64,000 nucleotides of DNA from Verrucomicrobiota bacterium (GCA_039649045.1 JBBWZL010000010.1:17811-81810), one strand, 5' to 3'; positions 38,965-47,468 are shown, counted from the stretch's first letter. A program made the numbers and translations. Notes: a model not told the origin generated them from the letters alone.

Positions 38965-40518
38965 CTAACTCCTACTTTTCAACCGACGCTTCCGTTGTCG
39001 GCTGAAGGCCATCGCGCCGAGCGCGAGTGCGCCGCCGATCCAGGTGGCGGGCTCTGGGATCGGGACCAGCCGGATATCGTGGTCGTGGTAAACCAGCGTA
39101 TAGTTGGGATAGCTGCTGCTGTTATCGACTGCGAACATCGTGCCGAAGCGGTCGTCGAATGTTGCCAGGGTATAAGTCGTAATCCCGTCGGCCAGGCCTT
39201 GAATGGAAAGGGTAGTCTGGGATCCCAGGGTGAGATCGCCGAGTATTTTGAGCAGGTCGCTCGTGCTGCCGCTCAGGTTCGCGAGGTAAGTGCCCCCCGC
39301 GCCTTCGTTGGTCGCCATGATCAGATTTTGGTTCAACGTAAGGGTGCCGACGGTGGTGGCGGTGGCGCCGGTTATTGTCTGGCCGAACATGTAAACCGTG
39401 CCGCCGATGGTGCCGGTGCCGCCAAGAAGCGAGCCACTGCCGGAGAGCTGCACGATACCGGTGGCCCCGGAGTTATCGCCATTCACCAGGAGCGTCCCTC
39501 CCTGCACGTAGGTCCCGCCGTTGTAAGTGTTCGTGCCGGTAAGATTGACGAGGCCGCTGCTCACTTGGACGCTCAGCTGGCTGGTCGTGCCGGTGGTGAT
39601 GTTGCCGCTTACATTAACGGTGCCGCCGGTGAACGAAAGAGTCTGGAAATTTCCGGTCGGTGCGCTCGAGCTGATGTTGGCGCTAATCGTCAGTGGGTTT
39701 GTCAGGGAAGAGTTACTGACGTTGAGATCGCCCTTGAGCGACAGTGGCACCGAGATCGTGTCGCCGGCGCTGTTGGAAGTCTGGTGGAGCGTCGCGGCGT
39801 TCACACCGTTGTCGAAGGTGAGGCTGGTCCCGGCGCCGGGCGCGATCGTGTAACTGTGGCTTCCATTTGTGTCGCCGACGTTCAATTGTCCGACGGTGCG
39901 CGAGACGTCGAGCGTGACCGTCCGGTTTGCCGTCAAATTAACCGTGCCGAAATCTGCGGTCGTGGTAGCCCCATCGGGGACGTTGCTGCTCAGCCAATTC
40001 GCCGCATCGCTCCAATTGCCCGAAGCATCGACATTCCATGTGCCGGTGCCAGTCGTGATGATGGTGTTCGGCGTGATTGTGCTCGCGCTGCTGACGGGGC
40101 GCGTGCTAGCCGCCACTAACGTGACGCTGGCTGGCGCACTAAAGCCGCCGAAGTTATCGCTGCGCTGATTTTGATTTATCGGATCGAACTCAGTAATTCT
40201 TCCGCCGAAATGCGATCGACTTTCGTCGGCTGACGCACTGAGCATCCAACCGCGCGCGGACGGCGAGAAGAGAAGCCCGTTGACGAGCCGGCCCATCGAG
40301 AGCTGCGCCCGCGGATGAATTTCCTGCGGAGCGGGCAGGGCCACGTCGACGGCGCGTGAATCGTTCAATGGCGCGGTCGAGAACCAGGAGCCGGGATAGG
40401 CAAAGTCGAGGTCGAAGGTATTGATCCAGGTATTGTCGGCGGCGAGAATACCGCCGGCGCAAGCGACGAGGAGCAGGCAACGAATGGGACGCCAAATGCC
40501 CTGTGCTGCGGGTTTCAT
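38965..40518 (-). CDS. PEP-CTERM-anchored PATR-repeat protein (paralog 1)
   Basis: Start MKPAAQGIWRPIRCLLLVACAGG. C-terminus IPEPATWIGGALALGAMAFSRQRKRRLKSRS. Confidence 0.8.
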   Translation of the reverse strand: MKPAAQGIWRPIRCLLLVACAGGILAADNTWINTFDLDFAYPGSWFSTAPLNDSRAVDVALPAPQEIHPRAQLSMGRLVNGLLFSPSARGWMLSASADESRSHFGGRITEFDPINQNQRSDNFGGFSAPASVTLVAASTRPVSSASTITPNTIITTGTGTWNVDASGNWSDAANWLSSNVPDGATTTADFGTVNLTANRTVTLDVSRTVGQLNVGDTNGSHSYTIAPGAGTSLTFDNGVNAATLHQTSNSAGDTISVPLSLKGDLNVSNSSLTNPLTISANISSSAPTGNFQTLSFTGGTVNVSGNITTGTTSQLSVQVSSGLVNLTGTNTYNGGTYVQGGTLLVNGDNSGATGIVQLSGSGSLLGGTGTIGGTVYMFGQTITGATATTVGTLTLNQNLIMATNEGAGGTYLANLSGSTSDLLKILGDLTLGSQTTLSIQGLADGITTYTLATFDDRFGTMFAVDNSSSYPNYTLVYHDHDIRLVPIPEPATWIGGALALGAMAFSRQRKRRLKSRS

Positions 40519-40591
40519 CGGGAGCCGATTGAAAGCGATTTGCCTACGCGGAGTCAACAGAAATAATGCTCAGTATGGAGGGTATGCGGGA

Positions 40592-40728
40592 TCAGAGGTC
40601 AGAGGTCAGAGGTTCGCCGCGGCGAACCCCGTCCTTCGGCGGATCGGAGGTCGGCCTGCCAAGCCAGAGCCTTGGCGTAGGATGGAGGAAGGCGACGCGG
40701 CCAGAGATCAGAGGTCGGAGGCCGGAAG
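40592..40728. repeat. mosaic spacer made of four elements
   Basis: Elements in order: TCAGAGG x3 (40592-40612), an 18-nt perfect palindrome GGTTCGCCGCGGCGAACC (40611-40628), GC hairpin copy B (40653-40688), and a TCAGAGG/TCGGAGG array (40701-40728). The two heptamer arrays are in direct orientation. Confidence 0.8.
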
Positions 40729-40784
40729 GGGGAGCTTGATTTTCGGAGTTGTGATGTTGATCTCGGGGTGAGTAGATTTTGTTT

Positions 40785-41675
40785 ATGTCTCCTCGAAAGG
40801 TGATGCGCTTTTTTTGCTCCCTCTTTTCCAACGTCATCAGGCAACGCCGTCTTATTTCCCGATCGGCGAGCGGCCCCATGGCGGGTTCCGTTTTGGCCGC
40901 ACTTTTTTTCGTTGCGCCGGCGGCCGGTGCGCCGCAACTCGACACATTAACGAAGGAGGCCGGGCGCAATTTCCAGACGCCGCAAGGGCGACGCTACTAC
41001 GACCAGTTCGAAAAGGTCATCCTGCCAGTATTCGTCAAAGCGCTCAGCAATTGCAGCAAGCGCACTCCGGACACGAAGGAACCGGCAATGTTCGTTTTTG
41101 TCATCGCCGCCGACGGCAGAGTCAAACAGCTCCTTTATTCGAGGAGAATTCCGTTGGCCGAATGCATGGCGCCGCATTTGCGAACGATCACAACCCTGCC
41201 GCCGCCGCCGCGTGATTCCTGGGTGATGGCCTTCATGGCCGCGAACCATCAGCAGGAGGAACGGGCGAAAGGTCCGCCGGACATGCCGAAGCGACTCGAT
41301 ACTGCGAAGAAGATGGCCGCGTACGAAAAAGCGATCGCTCCTTACGTAGCCAAGGCGCGTGCGACTTATCCGGCGGCGAAGAAACGCTTCCTCGCCTGGT
41401 TGCCGCCGGGGCACCGGTTCTCAGTCCGCGTTCCGCTGATTGATCGTGCCGGCCTGAGACGCGAAGATACGTTCGTCCGCGTCGAAAAGATCCAAGGCGG
41501 TAACATTACGGGCATGATCCTAAATGAATTGTCCGTGGTGAAGGATTACAAAACCGGTCAGCGGATCACATTTCCCGAAAGCAAAATCGACAACTGGCTG
41601 ATTCTGCGGCCCGACGGAACCGAAGAAGGCAACGCGGTCGGAAAGTTTCTCGACACCTACAATCCGAAGAGGTGA
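40785..41675 (+). CDS. hypothetical protein with C-terminal DUF2314 (YegJ-like) domain
   Basis: The C-terminal ..FSVRVPLIDRAGLRREDTFVRVEKIQGGNITGMILNEL..ITFPESKIDNWLI pattern resembles DUF2314. The start is uncertain (ATG 40785 or 40878). Confidence 0.5.
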   Translation: MSPRKVMRFFCSLFSNVIRQRRLISRSASGPMAGSVLAALFFVAPAAGAPQLDTLTKEAGRNFQTPQGRRYYDQFEKVILPVFVKALSNCSKRTPDTKEPAMFVFVIAADGRVKQLLYSRRIPLAECMAPHLRTITTLPPPPRDSWVMAFMAANHQQEERAKGPPDMPKRLDTAKKMAAYEKAIAPYVAKARATYPAAKKRFLAWLPPGHRFSVRVPLIDRAGLRREDTFVRVEKIQGGNITGMILNELSVVKDYKTGQRITFPESKIDNWLILRPDGTEEGNAVGKFLDTYNPKR

Positions 41676-41738
41676 CGAGGCGAAAAAGCAGAAGGTGGAA
41701 CGTAGTCGACGACCGGACGCCAGCACTACAGAGGACTA

Positions 41739-43274
41739 CTACGTCTTTATTCGCAGCCGGCGTCGCGACGCGAACGCGATCGCGCCGAGCGCGAGTGCGC
41801 CGCCGATCCAGGTCGCTGGCTCGGGGATCGCAGTCGGAACGAGGAGCAGATCATTGTCGCCGTACACGAGCGTGTAATTCGCGGGCATGTTATCGACGGA
41901 ACTGAACTGTCCGCTCCGGCCGAGATACGTGGCGAGGGTGTAGACCGTGAACCCATCCGGCGTCCCGACGAGGTCGAGATGGCTCGAGCCGGAGATGTTG
42001 AGGGTTCCCATGATCGCGAGAGTGTCGCTGATGTTGCCGATAATATTAGCCAGGTAAGTGGAGGTGGATTCGCCGCCGTTGAAGGTAACATTCTGGTTCA
42101 GGGTGAGTGTGCCGATGTGCAGCGTGCCTGTACCGGTCGCGGTGCCGCCGGTGATAATGCCATTTCCGACGGCGACCGAGCCGCCAATGGTGCCGGTGCC
42201 GCCGAGGGTGCCGGAATTAACCACGGACACGCTTCCGGTGGCGCCGGAGTTATTGCCGTTGATCAGGCCGGTGGCGCCGTTCAAAACTGTCGTGGCGCCG
42301 GTGTAGGTGTTCGTGCCGCTAAGAGTCACCACGCCGCTGGCGATGCCGACCCGCAGGGAATTGCCGGTGGTGCCGTTGCTGAGGACGCCGGTCACGTTGA
42401 CGACGCCGCCGTCGAATTGGATGAGCTTGTCGAATCCGCCGGCGCTGATGTTTCCGGAAAGGGTGAAGGCCCGGGTCGTGGAGTCGTTTCGAACCGAAAG
42501 ATAGTTCACGTTTCCAATGATGATCGGCGCCGAAACGGTGTCGCCAAAAGTGGCTACGGCTTGATTCAAGAGGCCGGTGCCCCCGCCGTTGTCAAAAGTG
42601 AGCGTGCTGCCGCCGCTGGCCGCGAGGGTATACGAGTTGCCGCGGAGTGGGTCGCCGATAAAGAGCTGGCCGACCGTGCGGCTCGTGTCCAGCGTAACGG
42701 TGACCGCGCCGGAAAAAAGAGGGTGGCTGTCCAGGTGGGCGATCGAGCCTGCGCCATCCGGAATAGCGAAGCCGGCCCAGTTTCCGAAGTTGCCCCAGTT
42801 TCCCGAGAAGTCGCTACTCCAAAAACCAATGGCAGCCGCCGGGGCGTCTGGAAGCAGCGAGGAGCTTGAGCCTGGGCTGCTGAGGAACGCGGGCGAACCA
42901 AACGCGCTCGGCCCATAAGGAGCGCTCGAGTCAGTTACAGCGGGCGCTGTCTGCTCCGTCATCCAGGCGGACGTGATCTCAGGCTGGGCGGGCGTCAGCG
43001 TCCAAGTGCGAGAGGGTCGCGAGAAGAGGAGACCATTTACGAGATGGCCCATCGAGAGCTGCGCTCGTGCGTTAGTTTCCAGCGGAGCGGGCGGGGCCAC
43101 GTCGGCGGTGTGGGCGTCGTTCAACGGCAGAGCGGAGAACCAAGAGCCCGGATAGGCAAAGTCGAGGTCGAAGGTATTGCTCCAGGTATTGTCGGCGGCG
43201 AGAATACCCCCGGCACAGGCGACGAGGAGCAGGCAACGAATGGGACGCCAAATGCCCTGTGCTGCGGGTTTCAT
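41739..43274 (-). CDS. PEP-CTERM-anchored PATR-repeat protein (paralog 2)
   Basis: The first 31 aa are identical to 38965..40518 and the N-terminal ~85-90 aa are about 80% identical overall. C-terminus IPEPATWIGGALALGAIAFASRRRLRIKT. Confidence 0.8.
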   Translation of the reverse strand: MKPAAQGIWRPIRCLLLVACAGGILAADNTWSNTFDLDFAYPGSWFSALPLNDAHTADVAPPAPLETNARAQLSMGHLVNGLLFSRPSRTWTLTPAQPEITSAWMTEQTAPAVTDSSAPYGPSAFGSPAFLSSPGSSSSLLPDAPAAAIGFWSSDFSGNWGNFGNWAGFAIPDGAGSIAHLDSHPLFSGAVTVTLDTSRTVGQLFIGDPLRGNSYTLAASGGSTLTFDNGGGTGLLNQAVATFGDTVSAPIIIGNVNYLSVRNDSTTRAFTLSGNISAGGFDKLIQFDGGVVNVTGVLSNGTTGNSLRVGIASGVVTLSGTNTYTGATTVLNGATGLINGNNSGATGSVSVVNSGTLGGTGTIGGSVAVGNGIITGGTATGTGTLHIGTLTLNQNVTFNGGESTSTYLANIIGNISDTLAIMGTLNISGSSHLDLVGTPDGFTVYTLATYLGRSGQFSSVDNMPANYTLVYGDNDLLLVPTAIPEPATWIGGALALGAIAFASRRRLRIKT

Positions 43275-43399
43275 CGTGAGCCGATTGAAATCAATTTGCC
43301 CACGCAGAGTCAATAGGAATCATGGGGAAAGTAGAAATTAGGAAGGAGGAGTTTCAGAGGTCCCGCCTTCGCAAAAGCTACGGCGTGGCGAGCACGGTC

Positions 43400-43435
43400 G
43401 GCCTGCCAAGCCGTAGCCTTGGCGTAGGCTGGAGG
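43400..43435. promoter_or_regulatory. conserved GC-rich hairpin motif, copy C (GGCCTGCCAAG-CCGTAGC-CTTGGCGTAGGCTGGAGG)
   Basis: Abuts the TPR gene stop (43436) and lies ~125-160 nt upstream of PEP-CTERM paralog 2. It could act as a terminator, a leader structure, or both. Confidence 0.5.
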
Positions 43436-45250
43436 TCAGCGGATGTTTTCGACAAGCGCGGCCTCCTCCGGCAAAAGCCGCTTCCGGTCGACCTCGCGCA
43501 TCTCCGTGGCTGCATCCTCGCTCCGCCCGTTCGCGGCCAGGACCGCGGCATGCACCGCCAGGGCAGACGGCGTCAACGCGCCGCGGGCGACCTGAATACC
43601 CGAATACGCATCCATTGCGTCGCTCAATTTTCCCAGGCGAAACCGCGCCAGAGCGAGCAGAGTCCGATGCGGCAGACTGGACGGCTCTCGCTGGACGAGC
43701 TGAGCAGCAAGTTGCTCAAGCGTTATCAGTTCTTGGTTATTTGTTACTCGTTCTGACCTCTGACTTCCGTCCTCCGACCTCTGCGATTGCTGCGCATTCA
43801 TGAGCAGCAATCGCGTATACGCTTCGTCGTTTTGCACCGCCGGGTCGTTAGGCCAGATCGCCAGCATCTCCGCGAGGACGGCATGGATTTTCTTGGTCTC
43901 GCCCGTGACCTGCGCGAGCCGCAGCCGGCCCTGGTGCGCCGCGCGCAGCCGGGGCGACTCGGCCACGGCCTCGTCGTAGGCAGCGCGCGCCACATCGGTC
44001 ACGCCATTTTTTTCCGCATAACCTGCGAGCGTAATCAGCTTGCCCGGATCGCCCCGGGCTGCCTCCAGCGCGCGCTGCCAATTATTTTCCGACGCGGCTT
44101 TTTCGCCGAGCTGTGCGTTGCAGCGCGCGAGATACATTTTCTGCACGAACGGATCGAGCGGGTAACGATCGCGATCGAGCAATTCCTTGATCTCTTTCCA
44201 GCGGCCGAGACCGCCGAGCGCATCGACGTATTGCAGGAAAAGCTCGCGCGATTGCAGCGCTCTCTCGATCGGGATGGCATCGAGCACGCGCTGGAATTCA
44301 CTCTTGCCATTCAACCACGTCGCGAGCGCCGCCGCTTCATCCGGTGTTCCATCTTTCCATTGCGCGACCGCTTTCGCGATCAGCTCGGCGCGCGTTTCAG
44401 GTTGCTGGCGCATCTTCAAATCGACCGCGAGCAATTTCTGCGGCGCGCGGGCGAGGGGATGCGCCTCGAGCTTTTCCGACAAATCGAGCGGCGCGATCGG
44501 GAAAGTTTCCGGGATTTTTTCCGATGAAAGCGCTGTCTGCGCCAGGACCGTGAGCGCATCGACCCCGGCGGCATCGCCCGTTTCCGATATTTTCTTCAAC
44601 CAGGACCAGGCTTCGCTGCGCCAGTTTTCGTTGCCCGCGGAAATCGCGATGTCCAGCAGCGCGGCCTGTAGTTTTCCCCGGCCGCTCGCCCGCGCATCGC
44701 CGAAAATTTTTTGCAACGCATCGTGCGCTTCGATAGCGGCGCCCTGCCGGGCGGAGAGTTGCGCCGAGAGCAAATAGTCCAACGGCATAACGGGGCCGTT
44801 CGTTCCACTGAGGAGCGCGCGGATCGCGCGGGTCGCGCGGGCATCGTCGCCCGCGAGTAGCGCGATGGTCGCCTCATCGGTGAGATCAACGCGGGTGAGA
44901 CGGGTGCGTTGCTCTAGCCGGTCCCAGAATTCCAGCGCCTGCGCCTGCCGGGTTCGCGAAAGAAAACGGGCGATGGCCCGAATCGCTTCCGGTTCGTCCG
45001 GCCACAATTGATAAGCGCTCGCCACTTCCTTGCGGGCTTCGTTCCAATCCTCTTTCTCCATCAGCGCAAAGGCCGTGCGAGCGTGGCGTCGCGCCTGCCA
45101 GGCCTTGATACCATGCAGGACAGGCCGCCCGCCGAAGATTCCGCCGAGCCCGAGAACGAGGACGAGGAGGAGCGCGACGATAATGCGTTTGCGCCTGCGA
45201 GTTCGAAGCCGCAGCTCCTCCTCGGTCAACATGAAGTCGTCGGCGCGCAT
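43436..45250 (-). CDS. membrane-anchored TPR-like repeat protein (possible exosortase-system accessory)
   Basis: N-terminal TM helix (IIVALLLVLVLGLGGIFGG), then a helical-repeat composition. Last gene of the exosortase operon. Contains an in-frame heptamer array (43753-43787) encoding SQRSEDGSQRSE. Confidence 0.65.
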   Translation of the reverse strand: MRADDFMLTEEELRLRTRRRKRIIVALLLVLVLGLGGIFGGRPVLHGIKAWQARRHARTAFALMEKEDWNEARKEVASAYQLWPDEPEAIRAIARFLSRTRQAQALEFWDRLEQRTRLTRVDLTDEATIALLAGDDARATRAIRALLSGTNGPVMPLDYLLSAQLSARQGAAIEAHDALQKIFGDARASGRGKLQAALLDIAISAGNENWRSEAWSWLKKISETGDAAGVDALTVLAQTALSSEKIPETFPIAPLDLSEKLEAHPLARAPQKLLAVDLKMRQQPETRAELIAKAVAQWKDGTPDEAAALATWLNGKSEFQRVLDAIPIERALQSRELFLQYVDALGGLGRWKEIKELLDRDRYPLDPFVQKMYLARCNAQLGEKAASENNWQRALEAARGDPGKLITLAGYAEKNGVTDVARAAYDEAVAESPRLRAAHQGRLRLAQVTGETKKIHAVLAEMLAIWPNDPAVQNDEAYTRLLLMNAQQSQRSEDGSQRSERVTNNQELITLEQLAAQLVQREPSSLPHRTLLALARFRLGKLSDAMDAYSGIQVARGALTPSALAVHAAVLAANGRSEDAATEMREVDRKRLLPEEAALVENIR

Positions 45251-45681
45251 CAGAAGTCAGAAGTCAGAGGTCGGAACTGCGGAATGATTCGTTCTTCCGT
45301 ATCATTCCGCCGAGCATTCGTCCGATCTCAGCGCCACGCGAAGTAAGTTGCTTATGTTGATCGTGCGAGATGTAACCGCACGCCAGGGCAAAATCGAGGG
45401 ATGAATCCGTTTCGCTGTTTTCAACGTCACAATCCGTCAGCTTGCTTAGAAAATGCGCTTCATAAGGTCGTTTGGCCCACGCTTCTCGGAGATTCAAACA
45501 GACAGATCTCGAGGATCGCCTGATTTGACTGGTCAAAGCGTATTTTTCTTCTGACGGAAAAGTTTTTGTGGCGTCAAAAATCTCCATCGCGAGCTGATAC
45601 GCGGATTTGTAAACCTCCAGATCCTTAGCCGTTTCAATCTTCACGCTTTCTGACCTCCGCTTTCTGACCTCCGACCTCCGG
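45250..45681 (-). mobile_element. IVS-like cassette: four-helix-bundle gene bracketed by inverted heptamer arms (45250-45277 and 45647-45681)
   Basis: The arms are 21/28 complementary. On the sense (minus-strand) RNA, 3 of the mismatches become G:U pairs. The cassette lies exactly between the exosortase and TPR ORFs. Calling it a mobile element is inference. Confidence 0.35.
45264..45644 (-). CDS. four-helix-bundle protein (23S rRNA intervening-sequence protein / Avd family, TIGR02436-like)
   Basis: KDLEVYKSAYQLAMEIFDATKTFPSEEKYALTSQIRRSSRSVCLNLREAW..FL..CDVENSET matches the family pattern. Trimmed to GTG 45644, which overlaps the exosortase stop by 11 nt. Its TGA stop lies inside the heptamer arm. 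Confidence 0.75.
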   Translation of the reverse strand: MKIETAKDLEVYKSAYQLAMEIFDATKTFPSEEKYALTSQIRRSSRSVCLNLREAWAKRPYEAHFLSKLTDCDVENSETDSSLDFALACGYISHDQHKQLTSRGAEIGRMLGGMIRKNESFRSSDL

Positions 45682-47376
45682 TTCAACCGTTTCCCTGAGG
45701 AGTTCTGCGAATTTGTCTTCGGCCATTTGATCGTCCATCGGTTGCGAGCTGACAAAAATCACTTCCAGAACTTGCTGCCCCAGATTCCGAATTCCATTTC
45801 GCACCGTCCGGAAACGCGCCTTCATGGACCAATCGGGCTGCACGCCTTCGGCGAGCTGTAGATCTGGCCGCGGCTCATCGGCGTGCGTCTTGTCTTCCTG
45901 CAAACAAAAAAACGTGTGCGCGACAGCGTTCCCGTTGCCCTGCCGAAAGGTGATGTGCCGCGCCACGATCGGAATATTCTCGCGCGCGAGATAAGTTTTT
46001 GCGCCGCGATCGGCGAGTTGCTGCCAGCCGATGCTCGGCAGGCAAATGTCCGGCCGGTGGGCCCGCGCCCGCAGCACGCTCGCGCTGCCTGGATTCCAGC
46101 GAAAGAAAAACAGATAATTGGTCGTCGAAAAACCGGGTGCGGCGTCTGCAATCGTTCTCCAAGTCACTTCGCGGCCCAAATCGAACCGCAATGTTTGCCG
46201 GACCGATTCATCGATTTTGATTTCGCGAAATCCCGGCGCCTTTTCCGGCGGACGAACACTCCAATTGCCGCGCGCAGTGAGATTCTTCTCATGCGCCCGA
46301 TACCACTCATGGGCTCCAGCTTCGACCGCAACGAGCCAGAGAAGGCAAAGGATGAAGGATGAAGGATGAAGGAGGAAGTGGGGCCGGAGGTCGGAGGTCG
46401 GCTCTGACTTCTGACTTCTGCCCTCTGCCCTCCGACCTCCGTTTCCGCCTTCCGCCTTCCGCCTTCCGCCTTTCTCCAACAACGCGGCGAGCAAGAGCGA
46501 GCCGCAGAAAACAGCCGCAACAATCGTGTATCCGGCAAAATCGTGCCATCGATCCACGGCCGAGATGCTTTGGGTCGCGGCGATCCAGACGAGGAAAAAG
46601 GCGCGCGCAAAGTTGGCGATGATGGCGATGGCCAGCGCGCCCAGAACAAGAAGAATTCGGCGCGTAACCGACAGCCGCTTCAGTTCGCCGAAGAGCAAGC
46701 CAATCATGATCGAAGTCTGCAATGAACGCACGCCGCTGCACGCTTCGTTCACGCCGACCAGGCCAGTGCTGACGCGGATGAGATTGCCTTCGAGTTGCGC
46801 GGGAATGCCGAAAAGGGTGATCGTCTCACTCGCCACCGCCGCGACGATCCGCATAAGGCCCTGGACGATTGGTTGCTCAATCGGAGAAACCCACGGCACC
46901 GCGACGAAAAAAAACGCGACGGGAAAAGCGAAATGCCGCACCCACGGTTTGCCGCCCGCCAACCAAAGCACGAGCAAAGTCATCGTCACCACCACGCCTG
47001 TGTGCACCCAACCCAGCGGCCGCCAATCCGGGTTCGCGATTTCAAACAACCGGATCGGCAACAGGAGCAGCAGCGCCCCAATTGCAATCGCGATCGCAAT
47101 TCCGCGTTTCCTCCTTCCTCCTTCCTCCTTCCTACTTTCCCCCCGATCGTCCCAGCGCAACCAAAACAAAAACAGCGCGAAGAACGGAACGAACCATCCG
47201 TAGCTGTATTGCTCGTTGTCCGACCACTCGCCGCTCAGTTGCCGGCAGAGAACAAACCAGAGCGCGAGCAATAACAGGCCCGACAGCAGAATCCTCGAAA
47301 GTTTGCTTCGGCGCACCGACTCTGGTTTCAACCGAATCGAAATGGCGTCGTTCACGGCGGGGCGAAGATATTCCAC
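45634..47376 (-). CDS. exosortase (PEP-CTERM type) fused to a C-terminal EpsI-like domain
   Basis: Multi-TM N-terminal half with NEACSGVRSL (catalytic Cys), ANFARA (Asn/Arg) and WHDFAGY (His) motifs. The C-terminal ~230 aa are EpsI-like. Three word-array segments are in frame (47110-47137, 46349-46474, 45647-45681). Confidence 0.85.
   Translation of the reverse strand: MEYLRPAVNDAISIRLKPESVRRSKLSRILLSGLLLLALWFVLCRQLSGEWSDNEQYSYGWFVPFFALFLFWLRWDDRGESRKEEGGRRKRGIAIAIAIGALLLLLPIRLFEIANPDWRPLGWVHTGVVVTMTLLVLWLAGGKPWVRHFAFPVAFFFVAVPWVSPIEQPIVQGLMRIVAAVASETITLFGIPAQLEGNLIRVSTGLVGVNEACSGVRSLQTSIMIGLLFGELKRLSVTRRILLVLGALAIAIIANFARAFFLVWIAATQSISAVDRWHDFAGYTIVAAVFCGSLLLAALLEKGGRRKAEGGNGGRRAEGRSQKSEPTSDLRPHFLLHPSSFILCLLWLVAVEAGAHEWYRAHEKNLTARGNWSVRPPEKAPGFREIKIDESVRQTLRFDLGREVTWRTIADAAPGFSTTNYLFFFRWNPGSASVLRARAHRPDICLPSIGWQQLADRGAKTYLARENIPIVARHITFRQGNGNAVAHTFFCLQEDKTHADEPRPDLQLAEGVQPDWSMKARFRTVRNGIRNLGQQVLEVIFVSSQPMDDQMAEDKFAELLRETVEPEVGGQKAEVRKRED
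46349..46474. repeat. 18 phase-locked heptamers (126 bp) forming an imperfect hairpin inside the exosortase ORF
   Basis: Units in order: AGGATGA x3, AGGAGGA, AGTGGGG, CCGGAGG, TCGGAGG, TCGGCTC, TGACTTC x2, TGCCCTC x2, CGACCTC, CGTTTCC, GCCTTCC x3, GCCTTTC. The core CGGAGGTCGGAGG and CCTCCGACCTCCG are perfectly complementary. Confidence 0.9.
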
Positions 47377-47429
47377 ATTCGCCCGGGCACGAAAGTTAAT
47401 AGCTGGGTTCTCCCGCCGCAGACCGCATA

Positions 47430-47458
47430 TTGAGCATTGGCGGTCATGAGTTTATAAG
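47430..47458 (+). promoter_or_regulatory. putative sigma70-type promoter of the EPS operon (TTGAGC-N17-TATAAG)
   Basis: Lies in the 92-bp divergent spacer. The -10 element ends 10 nt before ATG 47469, implying a near-leaderless transcript. Motif match only. Confidence 0.35.
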
Positions 47459-47468
47459 GGCGTGCTGA

